NCBI GenBank assembly: GCA_965279375.1
Contig: OZ257156.1
Coordinates: 3,296,001-3,360,000 of the forward strand
Length of the DNA stretch: 64,000 nucleotides
DNA from: Gemmatimonas sp.
GTDB lineage: Bacteria; Gemmatimonadota; Gemmatimonadetes; Gemmatimonadales; Gemmatimonadaceae
Direction: 5' to 3'
A program made the translations under genes and the position numbers. Positions 18,228 through 26,017 of the stretch are shown here, one piece after another; positions within the stretch are counted from its first letter, which is position 1, and each line of letters opens with the position of its first letter. Below the pieces are notes generated by a model. It did not search any database, was not told the origin of the DNA, and saw only the letters and a list, made by a program, of their open reading frames with translations.

Positions 18228-18929
18228 ATGCGGCGTCTGCGTTCCGTCTTCCCGATCGTTCTCGCCGCTACGGCCATGCTGGCCGCTGCGCCGTTCACGC
18301 CCCGCGCCGCCGTCACAGGTCCCGGACGCTTGGCGATCGCCCGCCTGCAGTACGAGGGCGGTGGTGACTGGTACGCCAATCCTTCCAGCATTCCCAATCT
18401 CCTCGCGGCCATCGCCGAGCGCACCGCGCTCCCGGTCGAACGCACCGAGGCCAAGGTCAAGCTCACCGATTCAGCGCTCTTCGACTTTCCGTTCCTGCAC
18501 GTCACGGGACACGGGCAGATCAAATTGAGCGATGTCGAAGTGGTACGTCTGCGCGAGTATCTCACGCGCGGCGGCTTTCTCCACGTGGACGACAACTACG
18601 GACTCGACGAAAGCTTCCGTCGCGAGATCAAACGGGTCTTCCCCGACCGCCCGCTCGTCGAAGTGCCCTCCAAGCATCCGATCTACCACCTGGTCTACGA
18701 CTTCCCCGACGGGCTGCCCAAAGTGCACGAGCACGACGGGAAACCCGCGCAGGGCTTTGGCATCTTCATCGGTGGCCGACTTGCCGTCTACTACACGTAC
18801 TCCGCCGACCTCGGCAACGGTTGGGAAGACGTGGGTACGTATCCTGATCCTCCCGCGCTCCACGAGCAGGCGATCCGCATGGGTGTGAATCTCTTCACGT
18901 ACGCGGCCACGAGCCGGGTGCAGCCGTGA
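18228..18929 (+). CDS. DUF4159-domain exported protein
   Basis: IARLQYEGGGDWY, FPFLHVTGHG, LREYLTRGGFLHVDDNYG, DLGNGWED and GVNLFTYA motifs; signal peptide. Confidence 0.85.
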   Translation: MRRLRSVFPIVLAATAMLAAAPFTPRAAVTGPGRLAIARLQYEGGGDWYANPSSIPNLLAAIAERTALPVERTEAKVKLTDSALFDFPFLHVTGHGQIKLSDVEVVRLREYLTRGGFLHVDDNYGLDESFRREIKRVFPDRPLVEVPSKHPIYHLVYDFPDGLPKVHEHDGKPAQGFGIFIGGRLAVYYTYSADLGNGWEDVGTYPDPPALHEQAIRMGVNLFTYAATSRVQP

Positions 18930-21900
18930 CCGCGCCCGCGATTCGCGGTGCTGCTGCCACCGCCGGCGCGACCAACGCGCTCGAAGCCCGTCTCAAGCAG
19001 GAACTCGGCAAGCTCACGCTCTCGTCGTCGCAGGCGGTCGTGTTCGGCGGCATCACCTTCGCTGCGTTGGCGCTGGGGATCGGCGCTGCGGTGCTGGCCG
19101 ACGGGCGCTGGATGACGTTGCCGCGCGGGCTGCCGCTGCTGTTCTGGTTACTCGCGATCGTGCCCGTGGTGCTGGGCACACGCTGGATGCAGCGCTATCA
19201 ACAGCGCACGCTCTCGATCCGCGCGCTGGCTGGCACGGTCGAGGAAGAGATGCAGTTGCGCGCCGGCTCACTGCGTGGAGCGCTGGAAGTCGGACGCGAA
19301 GGCGTGCTTGGTGCGCGCGCTGCGGCCGATGTCGCCGCACGTCTGTCGCCGGGTACGTTGGCGCCCAAGCTGGCCAAGCAGCATTCGCAGTGGCAGTGGA
19401 CCGCCAGCATTCTCGCGCTCGTGCTGGTGCCGACGCTGATTCTCGTCGCAGGACGCTTTGCCGCCGATGGCGGGCAGGCGGTGTTGCACCCGATTCGCGC
19501 GTGGCGCGGCCTGTTGCTGCCGGCGCTCGCGTTCGACGGACTGCCGACATCGGTTCCGCGCGGCATGCCGCTCACGGTGCGCGTGAGCGCCTCCGGGCGC
19601 ACGCAGGTAACGGTGTCGCGTCGTGCCGCTGGTGAAGCGTGGCGCGACACGACGCTGTCGGTGAACGCGGCTGACGGCACGGTGCAGCTGGCGCTGGGCC
19701 CAGTGCGCGCACCGGTCACGCTGCGTCTCAGCGATGGTCGTGCGCCGTCGACGGAAGCAACGGTGACGGTGGCTGATCGTGGATGGATCGGCGACGTCGC
19801 ACTCTTCGCGCAGTATCCCGCCTACCTGCAGCGCGCCAACGAAACGGTGGAGCCGGTACCGCCGATTCTCGTTCCGCGCGGAACGCATGTGAAAGTGAGT
19901 GCGAATCTGCGTGGCGGTGCGCGCGATGCGTTCCTCACGGACGGCAAGGACACCGTGCGCTTCAGCGGCGATACGTCGGTGAGTGCGGTGCTCACGCTCG
20001 ATCGCGACAGCAAGTGGACGTGGGTGGCGGCGAGTACGGCGCGCGATGGCGCGGCGACGCTGCCGACCGAGCTCCCCGATCCGCTCGCCTTTTCCGTGGT
20101 GCCGGACCGCTCGCCCGAGGTGGTCATTCGCGCGCCGGTGACTGATACCGCGATTGGCACCAAGGGCGTCGTGCCGATCATCGTGCAGGCCAGCGACGAT
20201 CACAACGTCAGCAACATCGCGCTGCAACTCTGGCGTGAAAGCGCGACAGGGACGCCCAAGGACAATGCGCTGCTCAAGAGCAAGCGCGAGTTCATCGACG
20301 TGGTCGATCCGCAGGAGCCGATCTTCATGGGCGGCATTACGGTGCCTCTCGACGGTCGCGATCTGCAACCGGGCGACAAGCTGCACGTGGTCGCCATCGC
20401 GGTGGACGATTCGCCGTGGCGCCAAACGACGGTCAGCCCGGAGATCATCCTGCGTGTGCCCTCGCTCTCGGAACAGCGGGCGATGGCGCGCGACCTCGCG
20501 GATTCGCTCGCCGCGCGTGCCGCCGCGATGGCGGCACAGGAAAAGCGACTCCAGCAAAACACCTCCGACGCTTCACGCAGCCGCGACCTCAAGGCCGGCG
20601 GTTCGGGCGACAAGGCGCAGGGGAGCAACGCGCCCAAGAACGGCGCTGATAACAAGATGAGTTTTGCGGCCGCCGAGAAGGCCAAGCAGCTCGGGCGCGA
20701 TCAGCAGAAGCTGAGCGCGAAGGTCGACTCGCTGCGCGCGAACGCAAAGGAGCTCGAGGAACGGCTCAAGAACGCTGGCGCGCTCGACACGGCGCTCGCT
20801 TCGCGCATGCGCGACGTGCAGAAGATGCTGCGCGACGCGATGTCGCCCGAGATGCAGAAGCAGCTCCAGTCGCTGGAGAAGAGCTCGGAGCGATTGAGTG
20901 GCACCGAAGCACAGCAGTCGATGGAGCAGTTGGCCGCGCAGCAGCAGCAGATGCGCGAACAGCTGGAGAAGAGCGCCGAGATGCTCAAGCGTGCCGCGCT
21001 GGAAGGTGCGATGAGCACGCTGCGCGACGATGCGCGCGACCTGGCCAAGGCCGAGCAGCAGTTGGCCGATCGCATGGATGCCAAGCAGGCGGCCAAGGAC
21101 GGCGGCAAGGGCGGCGATCCGTCCGGCGGCAAGCAGGGCGATCGTCAGAACGCGCAGCCGGGCGAGCCGGGTAAGCAGGACAGCCCGGCGATGGACCCCA
21201 AGACGCTGGCCGAACGCACCAAGGAGCTGGAGGCGGAGATCGAGAAGCTCTCCAAGCGCCTCGAGAGCGCCGGTGCCAAGCCGGGTGCGTCCAAGACCAA
21301 GGCCGCGCAGCCGATGGTGAATCAGGCTGCCGACGCCATGCAGAAGGCCGCTGAGCAGGTCGCCGAAGAAGCGGCCAACGAGAGCGCTGGCGCCAAGCCG
21401 CAGAACGGTAAGCCCGACCCGTCGCAACAGGGCGGCGAGAAGGGGCAGCCCGGCGAGAAGAAGGAAGCAGGGCAGAACGGCCAGCCGCAGCCCGGTGGAC
21501 AGCAGGGACAGCCGCAGCCGGGACAGTCGCAGCAGGGTCAGCCCAAGCCCGGTCCGCAGGGGCAGTCGCAGCAAGGACAGCCCAAGCCGGGCCAGCAGGG
21601 TGAGTCCAAGGACGGCCAACAGGGCCAGCCGGGGCAGCAGGGCGAGAAGGGTGGAGAGAAGAGCGGCCAGCAGGGAGGCGGCGGCGGTGGCGGTGGTGGC
21701 GGCGAAGCGCGCAAGGCAGCCGACGCGATGGACAAGGCCGCCAAGCAGCTCTCGGCCGCTCGCGAATCGCAGGTCGACGCGTGGAAGACCGAACTGTCGC
21801 AGGAGCTCGATCAGTCCATCAACGAAACGATGCAGCTCGCGCGGCAGCAGCAGGAGCTGGAGCAGAAGGCGCGTCAGCAGGGAGGCACACAGGGCATGCA

Positions 21901-22711
21901 GGGCGAGCAGGGTGCGCTGCAGCAGGGCGTACAGCAGGCAGCGGAACGTCTCGAAAAGGCGGGACGCAGTTCGTCATTGCTCTCGCAGCGGTCGCAGAAA
22001 GCGATGGCCGATGCGCAGCGTCGCGTGCAGAACGCCACGCAGCAGATGGCCAACCAGAACCCCGGTGGCGCGGACGCGTCGCAGCAGGCGATGAAGGACG
22101 CCTCCGAGGCGCTCAATCAGGCGCTCAGCTCACTCGTGCGCGATCGCGAAAAGGTGAACAACGCGCAGTCCGCGTCGGGCTTCACCGAGATGATGGAGCA
22201 GCTCAAGCAGCTGGCGCAGCAGCAGGGCAACCTGAACGGCCAGATGCAGGGGCTCAACCTGATGCCGGGCGGCGCGCAGGGGCAGGTCGCGCGCAATCAG
22301 GCGCGGGTGTTGGCGCGTCAGCAGCGCGAAGTGGCCAAGACGCTCTCCGATGTGTCGGACGCGGATGCCACCGGACGCACCGATGCGTTGGCCAAGGAAG
22401 CGCAGACGTTGGCGCAGCAGATGGAACGCGGCAGCATCGATCCGAATGTCGCCGCGCGACAGCAGCAGCTCTATCGTCGTTTGCTCGATGCCGGTCGGTT
22501 CCTCGAGCAGGACGAGAAGGACGATCAGGGGCCGCGTGAAGCGAAGGCAGCAGCCGCTGGTGGAAAGGGCGCGATCGATGGGCCGCAGTCGGGCAAGGCG
22601 GCCAACAAGTTCGCACCGCCCACCTGGAACGAACTGCGCGGACTGGGCGCCGACGAGCGTCGCCTGGTGATCGAGTACTTCCGTCGACTCAATGGCACGA
22701 CGCCCCAGTAG
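18926..22711 (+). CDS. Large DUF4175-like membrane protein: TM helices, Ig-like beta region, coiled coils, Q/G/P-rich disordered segment
   Basis: Three N-terminal TM helices; P-x-Y-L and D-x-x-P-x-V...ASDDH-x-V motifs; long heptad-rich tail; C-terminal IEYFRRL; GTGA overlap with the DUF4159 gene. Confidence 0.7.
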   Translation: MTAPAIRGAAATAGATNALEARLKQELGKLTLSSSQAVVFGGITFAALALGIGAAVLADGRWMTLPRGLPLLFWLLAIVPVVLGTRWMQRYQQRTLSIRALAGTVEEEMQLRAGSLRGALEVGREGVLGARAAADVAARLSPGTLAPKLAKQHSQWQWTASILALVLVPTLILVAGRFAADGGQAVLHPIRAWRGLLLPALAFDGLPTSVPRGMPLTVRVSASGRTQVTVSRRAAGEAWRDTTLSVNAADGTVQLALGPVRAPVTLRLSDGRAPSTEATVTVADRGWIGDVALFAQYPAYLQRANETVEPVPPILVPRGTHVKVSANLRGGARDAFLTDGKDTVRFSGDTSVSAVLTLDRDSKWTWVAASTARDGAATLPTELPDPLAFSVVPDRSPEVVIRAPVTDTAIGTKGVVPIIVQASDDHNVSNIALQLWRESATGTPKDNALLKSKREFIDVVDPQEPIFMGGITVPLDGRDLQPGDKLHVVAIAVDDSPWRQTTVSPEIILRVPSLSEQRAMARDLADSLAARAAAMAAQEKRLQQNTSDASRSRDLKAGGSGDKAQGSNAPKNGADNKMSFAAAEKAKQLGRDQQKLSAKVDSLRANAKELEERLKNAGALDTALASRMRDVQKMLRDAMSPEMQKQLQSLEKSSERLSGTEAQQSMEQLAAQQQQMREQLEKSAEMLKRAALEGAMSTLRDDARDLAKAEQQLADRMDAKQAAKDGGKGGDPSGGKQGDRQNAQPGEPGKQDSPAMDPKTLAERTKELEAEIEKLSKRLESAGAKPGASKTKAAQPMVNQAADAMQKAAEQVAEEAANESAGAKPQNGKPDPSQQGGEKGQPGEKKEAGQNGQPQPGGQQGQPQPGQSQQGQPKPGPQGQSQQGQPKPGQQGESKDGQQGQPGQQGEKGGEKSGQQGGGGGGGGGGEARKAADAMDKAAKQLSAARESQVDAWKTELSQELDQSINETMQLARQQQELEQKARQQGGTQGMQGEQGALQQGVQQAAERLEKAGRSSSLLSQRSQKAMADAQRRVQNATQQMANQNPGGADASQQAMKDASEALNQALSSLVRDREKVNNAQSASGFTEMMEQLKQLAQQQGNLNGQMQGLNLMPGGAQGQVARNQARVLARQQREVAKTLSDVSDADATGRTDALAKEAQTLAQQMERGSIDPNVAARQQQLYRRLLDAGRFLEQDEKDDQGPREAKAAAAGGKGAIDGPQSGKAANKFAPPTWNELRGLGADERRLVIEYFRRLNGTTPQ
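21420..21705 (+). repeat. Low-complexity coding repeats (GQPQPG/GQSQQGQPKPG units and poly-Gly)
   Basis: Near-duplicate QSQQGQPKPG units at the DNA level and a GGC/GGT run encoding about 10 Gly. Confidence 0.8.
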
Positions 22712-24707
22712 CGCCGCGACACGGCTGCACAGCATCGGCTCACGTAGCGCATCGGTTAGCGCATCGGTTAGCGCATCGCGATTCGCATCGCGTTTCGCAT
22801 CGCGTATTGCCTCGCGAAGCGCATGGCGCTGGGTGACGCTCTGCGCGGCGCTGCTGCTCGGCGCGGTGGGCGACGCCGAGAGTGCGTTCGCCCAGGCGCG
22901 CCCGGGTAGCACGGGCGCAGCCAACGCGCCGGCCACGGCGACCGCGACCAAGGCCGATACGGTCGATCCGCTGGGGATCGCGCTCGACGCCGAAGAAAAA
23001 GGTGAGCTCAAGCGGGCAGCGGCTGCGTATCGCGAAGTGCTGTTCCGAGCGTTGCAACCCGGCGCCGGCGACGGCGATCGCGTGGACATGTCGCTGTTGG
23101 GTCTCGAGCGCGTGTGGACCGAAACGGGCGCGCGCGACTCGATTTTGCTTGTCGCGCAGCGCGTGGTGTTGCTGCGTCCCGCCGATCCGGTGGCACGCGG
23201 CATTCAGCTCCGCTCCCTCGTGGGGATGGGGCGCGACGACGAAGCGCGGTCGGCGTTCGCGTCGTGGCGTCGCGCGGCCGGCAACGATGGCGCACCCTTT
23301 CGCGAGTATTCGCGGTTGCTCCTCGCCGCCGGTCGTGCACAGGCCGCCGACTCGGTGCTCAACGAAGCGAGTCGATTGCTTGGCGCGGCCGGTATGCTTG
23401 CCGGTGAAGTCGCGCAGTTGCACGTCGCGCTCGGCCGCTGGAGTGCGGCGGCTGCGGCGTTTCGCGAGTCGCTGAGCAGTCAGCCGTATCTCGAGACAGC
23501 GGCGACGTATGCGCTGCAGCGCGCGCCCAGTACCGTGCGTGATTCGATTCGCACCGTGTTGATCGCCGATCCGGTGGAGCTGTTGCCGCGGCGCTTGTTG
23601 TCGTCGCTGGAGCTGACGTGGGGAGAGCCGCGTCGCGGCTGGACGGCATTGTCCCCGGTGCGCGCTGACGACTCGACAACCGCGGCGTGGCGAAGCTTTG
23701 GTGAACGCGTGGAGTACGCGCAGGCCTGGCCCGTGGCGCGTGACGCGTGGGTGGCAGTGTTCGATCGCGCAGGCGACCTCGAAGCGCAGCAGCATGCCGC
23801 ACAGGCCGCGCTCAATGCGGGGGATGCAGCGGGCGCACTGGCGTTGGTGGCACGAACCGGCAAGCCAGTGGCGACGGCGCGACCGACTAAGCCCGGCGAG
23901 TCGGCCAAGGATGCTGCGGCACGCGAAGCGACGCTGCGCGTGCGCTCGCTACTGCCGATCGAGATTGCGGCACTGGGTGAGCTGGGGCGTGCGAAAGACG
24001 CACAGGCACGGCTCGAAGCCAACGCGGCGCAGCTCGACGATGCCGCACGTGATGCGATGGCGCGCCCGCTCGTGGCCGCGTGGTTGCGCGCCGGTGATCT
24101 GGAACGGGCGCGTGCCGCCGCCAAGGCGACCGACCTTAGTGAGGACGACGAGACCGAAGGCTGGCTTGCACTCTACGACGGCGATCTGGTGACCGCGCGC
24201 AAACGGCTGGTGCGCGCGGATACCAAACGGGGCGAATTGGTGGATGCGTTGGGGCTGCTCGCGCGTACGCGCGCGACGCAGTCCGCCGGCCTGGGACAGG
24301 CGTTTCTCGCGCTCGCGCAGCGCGATAGTGCGACCGCCGCTGCGCGCTTTGTCGCACTCGCCGATTCTCTGTCCGATGCTGCTCCGGCGTTGCTGTCGTT
24401 GGCGTCGCGTATCGAGGCGCGATTGGCGGTACGCAGCGCAGGCAAGGCGCCCACGCCTGCGGCGGTGCCCGCGAAGGCGATGGCATTGTGGGATCGCATC
24501 GTGAAGCAGCATCCCAAGTCCCCCGAGGCGCCGGAGGCGTTGCTCGCCAGTGCGCGCGCGTTACGCGACGCGGGCCAGACGCCGGCTGCGATTCAACGCT
24601 TCGAAACGCTGCTCGTCGATTATCCTGAGAGTGCGCTACTGCCGCAGGCGCGTCGCGACCTAGAACGTCTGCGCGGGAACATCCCGCCGGAGCTGACTGC
24701 CAGATGA
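22692..24707 (+). CDS. Exported TPR-repeat protein (C-terminal CpoB/BamD-like TPR motif); start uncertain
   Basis: Signal-peptide-like segment (VTLCAALLLG...AFAQ); Ala-rich helical repeats; C-terminal HPKSPEAPEAL...FETLLVDYPESALLPQARR. Confidence 0.7.
   Translation: MARRPSSAATRLHSIGSRSASVSASVSASRFASRFASRIASRSAWRWVTLCAALLLGAVGDAESAFAQARPGSTGAANAPATATATKADTVDPLGIALDAEEKGELKRAAAAYREVLFRALQPGAGDGDRVDMSLLGLERVWTETGARDSILLVAQRVVLLRPADPVARGIQLRSLVGMGRDDEARSAFASWRRAAGNDGAPFREYSRLLLAAGRAQAADSVLNEASRLLGAAGMLAGEVAQLHVALGRWSAAAAAFRESLSSQPYLETAATYALQRAPSTVRDSIRTVLIADPVELLPRRLLSSLELTWGEPRRGWTALSPVRADDSTTAAWRSFGERVEYAQAWPVARDAWVAVFDRAGDLEAQQHAAQAALNAGDAAGALALVARTGKPVATARPTKPGESAKDAAAREATLRVRSLLPIEIAALGELGRAKDAQARLEANAAQLDDAARDAMARPLVAAWLRAGDLERARAAAKATDLSEDDETEGWLALYDGDLVTARKRLVRADTKRGELVDALGLLARTRATQSAGLGQAFLALAQRDSATAAARFVALADSLSDAAPALLSLASRIEARLAVRSAGKAPTPAAVPAKAMALWDRIVKQHPKSPEAPEALLASARALRDAGQTPAAIQRFETLLVDYPESALLPQARRDLERLRGNIPPELTAR
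22749..22832 (+). repeat. Degenerate 12-bp tandem repeat, 7 units
   Basis: GCATCGGTTAGC x2, GCATCGCGATTC, GCATCGCGTTTC, GCATCGCGTATT, GCCTCGCGAAGC and GCATGGCGCTGG at an exact 12-nt period. Confidence 0.85.
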
Positions 24708-24757
24708 GTGCCTTCCGTGCCGTGATCGTTTTGCGAGGTATCGAGCGCGCCTTACCC

Positions 24758-26017
24758 ATGCGTACGCTGAGCGCGCTGCTGGCGACACTGCTGCTTGCGG
24801 CGCTGCCGCTGCGCGCGCAGAACATGCTCATCCCGATGGACGATGGGCAGCGCAACCATCTCAAGGCCTACGGCGTGGCGTTTCAAGCGCTCAAGACCGG
24901 ACAGAAGGCGGAGTGGCTGCTCAACTATCGTGGTGGCGCCTTCCTCTTGCCGGATGTGCCCGATCTGCGTCGCCGCGCCGCGCTCGATGGCGTGACCATC
25001 GAGGCGATGAGCGACGGTGCGCTGGTCGCCGCGCGCGCCGAAATCGCCGGCGGTAACATGGATGCCGTGGTGCTCGAGCGCGCACCGCGCATCGCGATCT
25101 ATCGCCCCGTGAACCAGCCGCCCTGGGACGACGCCGTCACGCTCGCGCTCACGTATGCCGGCATCGATTTCACGTCGGTGTGGGACGATGACGTCATGAA
25201 GGGCGACCTGTCCAAGTACGACTGGGTGCATCTGCACCACGAAGACTTCACGGGACAGTTCAACAAGCTCTTTCTCGCCTATCGCGATGCGCCGTGGTTC
25301 ATCGCGCAGCGCGATCGTGATCTGGCGATGGCCCGGAAGTTCGGCCTTGCCGATGTTCCCGCGCTCAAGAAGGCGGTGGCCGACAACATTCGTGGTTTCG
25401 TCGATCGCGGCGGTTTCCTCTTCGCCATGTGCGGCGCCACCGAGTCGCTCGATCTGGCCATCGCCGCCTTCGCGGTCGATATCGCCGGCCCGTTCTCCGA
25501 TGGCACGCCGCCCGCACCTGACGCCGACGCACGTCTCAACTGGATGCGCACGCTCGCATTTTCCGGCGCGCACATCGAGCCGTCGCCGTACATCAACGCC
25601 TTGAGCGATATCGACGGGCATCAGGTCAACGTGCCCGCGCGTCGTCAGCCGCTCGGCGTCTTCACGTTGTTCGACTTCTCGGCCAAGCTCGATCCGGTTG
25701 CGGCGATGCTCGTGCAGAACCATCGGAGCATCATCCCCGACTTCTACGGCGTCACCACCAGCTTCAATCGTGCGATCATCAAGCCGACGGTGACGGTGCT
25801 CGCCTCCGAAGACGGCGCGCCGTGGAGCAAATACCTGCACGGCGACTACGGGAAGGGCTCCTGGACCTTCCTTGGCGGCCATGATCCGGAAGATCCGCAG
25901 CATGCCATTGGCAGTCCGCCGACGGACCTGTCGCTGCGTCCGAATTCGCCGGGTTATCGCCTGATCCTCAACAACGTGCTCTTCCCCGCCGCGAAGAAGA
26001 AGCCGCGGAAGACGTGA
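24758..26017 (+). CDS. Exported class I glutamine-amidotransferase-like protein (family often auto-annotated as asparagine synthetase B)
   Basis: Signal peptide (LLLAALPLRA-Q); NHLKAYG, WLLNYRGGAF, PWDDAVTLALTYA, WVHLHHEDFTGQ, GGFLFAMCGAT (nucleophile-elbow Cys), GGHDPED and SPGYRLILNN motifs. Alternative start 24704. Confidence 0.7.
   Translation: MRTLSALLATLLLAALPLRAQNMLIPMDDGQRNHLKAYGVAFQALKTGQKAEWLLNYRGGAFLLPDVPDLRRRAALDGVTIEAMSDGALVAARAEIAGGNMDAVVLERAPRIAIYRPVNQPPWDDAVTLALTYAGIDFTSVWDDDVMKGDLSKYDWVHLHHEDFTGQFNKLFLAYRDAPWFIAQRDRDLAMARKFGLADVPALKKAVADNIRGFVDRGGFLFAMCGATESLDLAIAAFAVDIAGPFSDGTPPAPDADARLNWMRTLAFSGAHIEPSPYINALSDIDGHQVNVPARRQPLGVFTLFDFSAKLDPVAAMLVQNHRSIIPDFYGVTTSFNRAIIKPTVTVLASEDGAPWSKYLHGDYGKGSWTFLGGHDPEDPQHAIGSPPTDLSLRPNSPGYRLILNNVLFPAAKKKPRKT

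Noticed and set aside
22749..22832. Possible CRISPR or mini-array
   Set aside because: Units are contiguous 12-mers with no unique spacers, and no cas genes are present.
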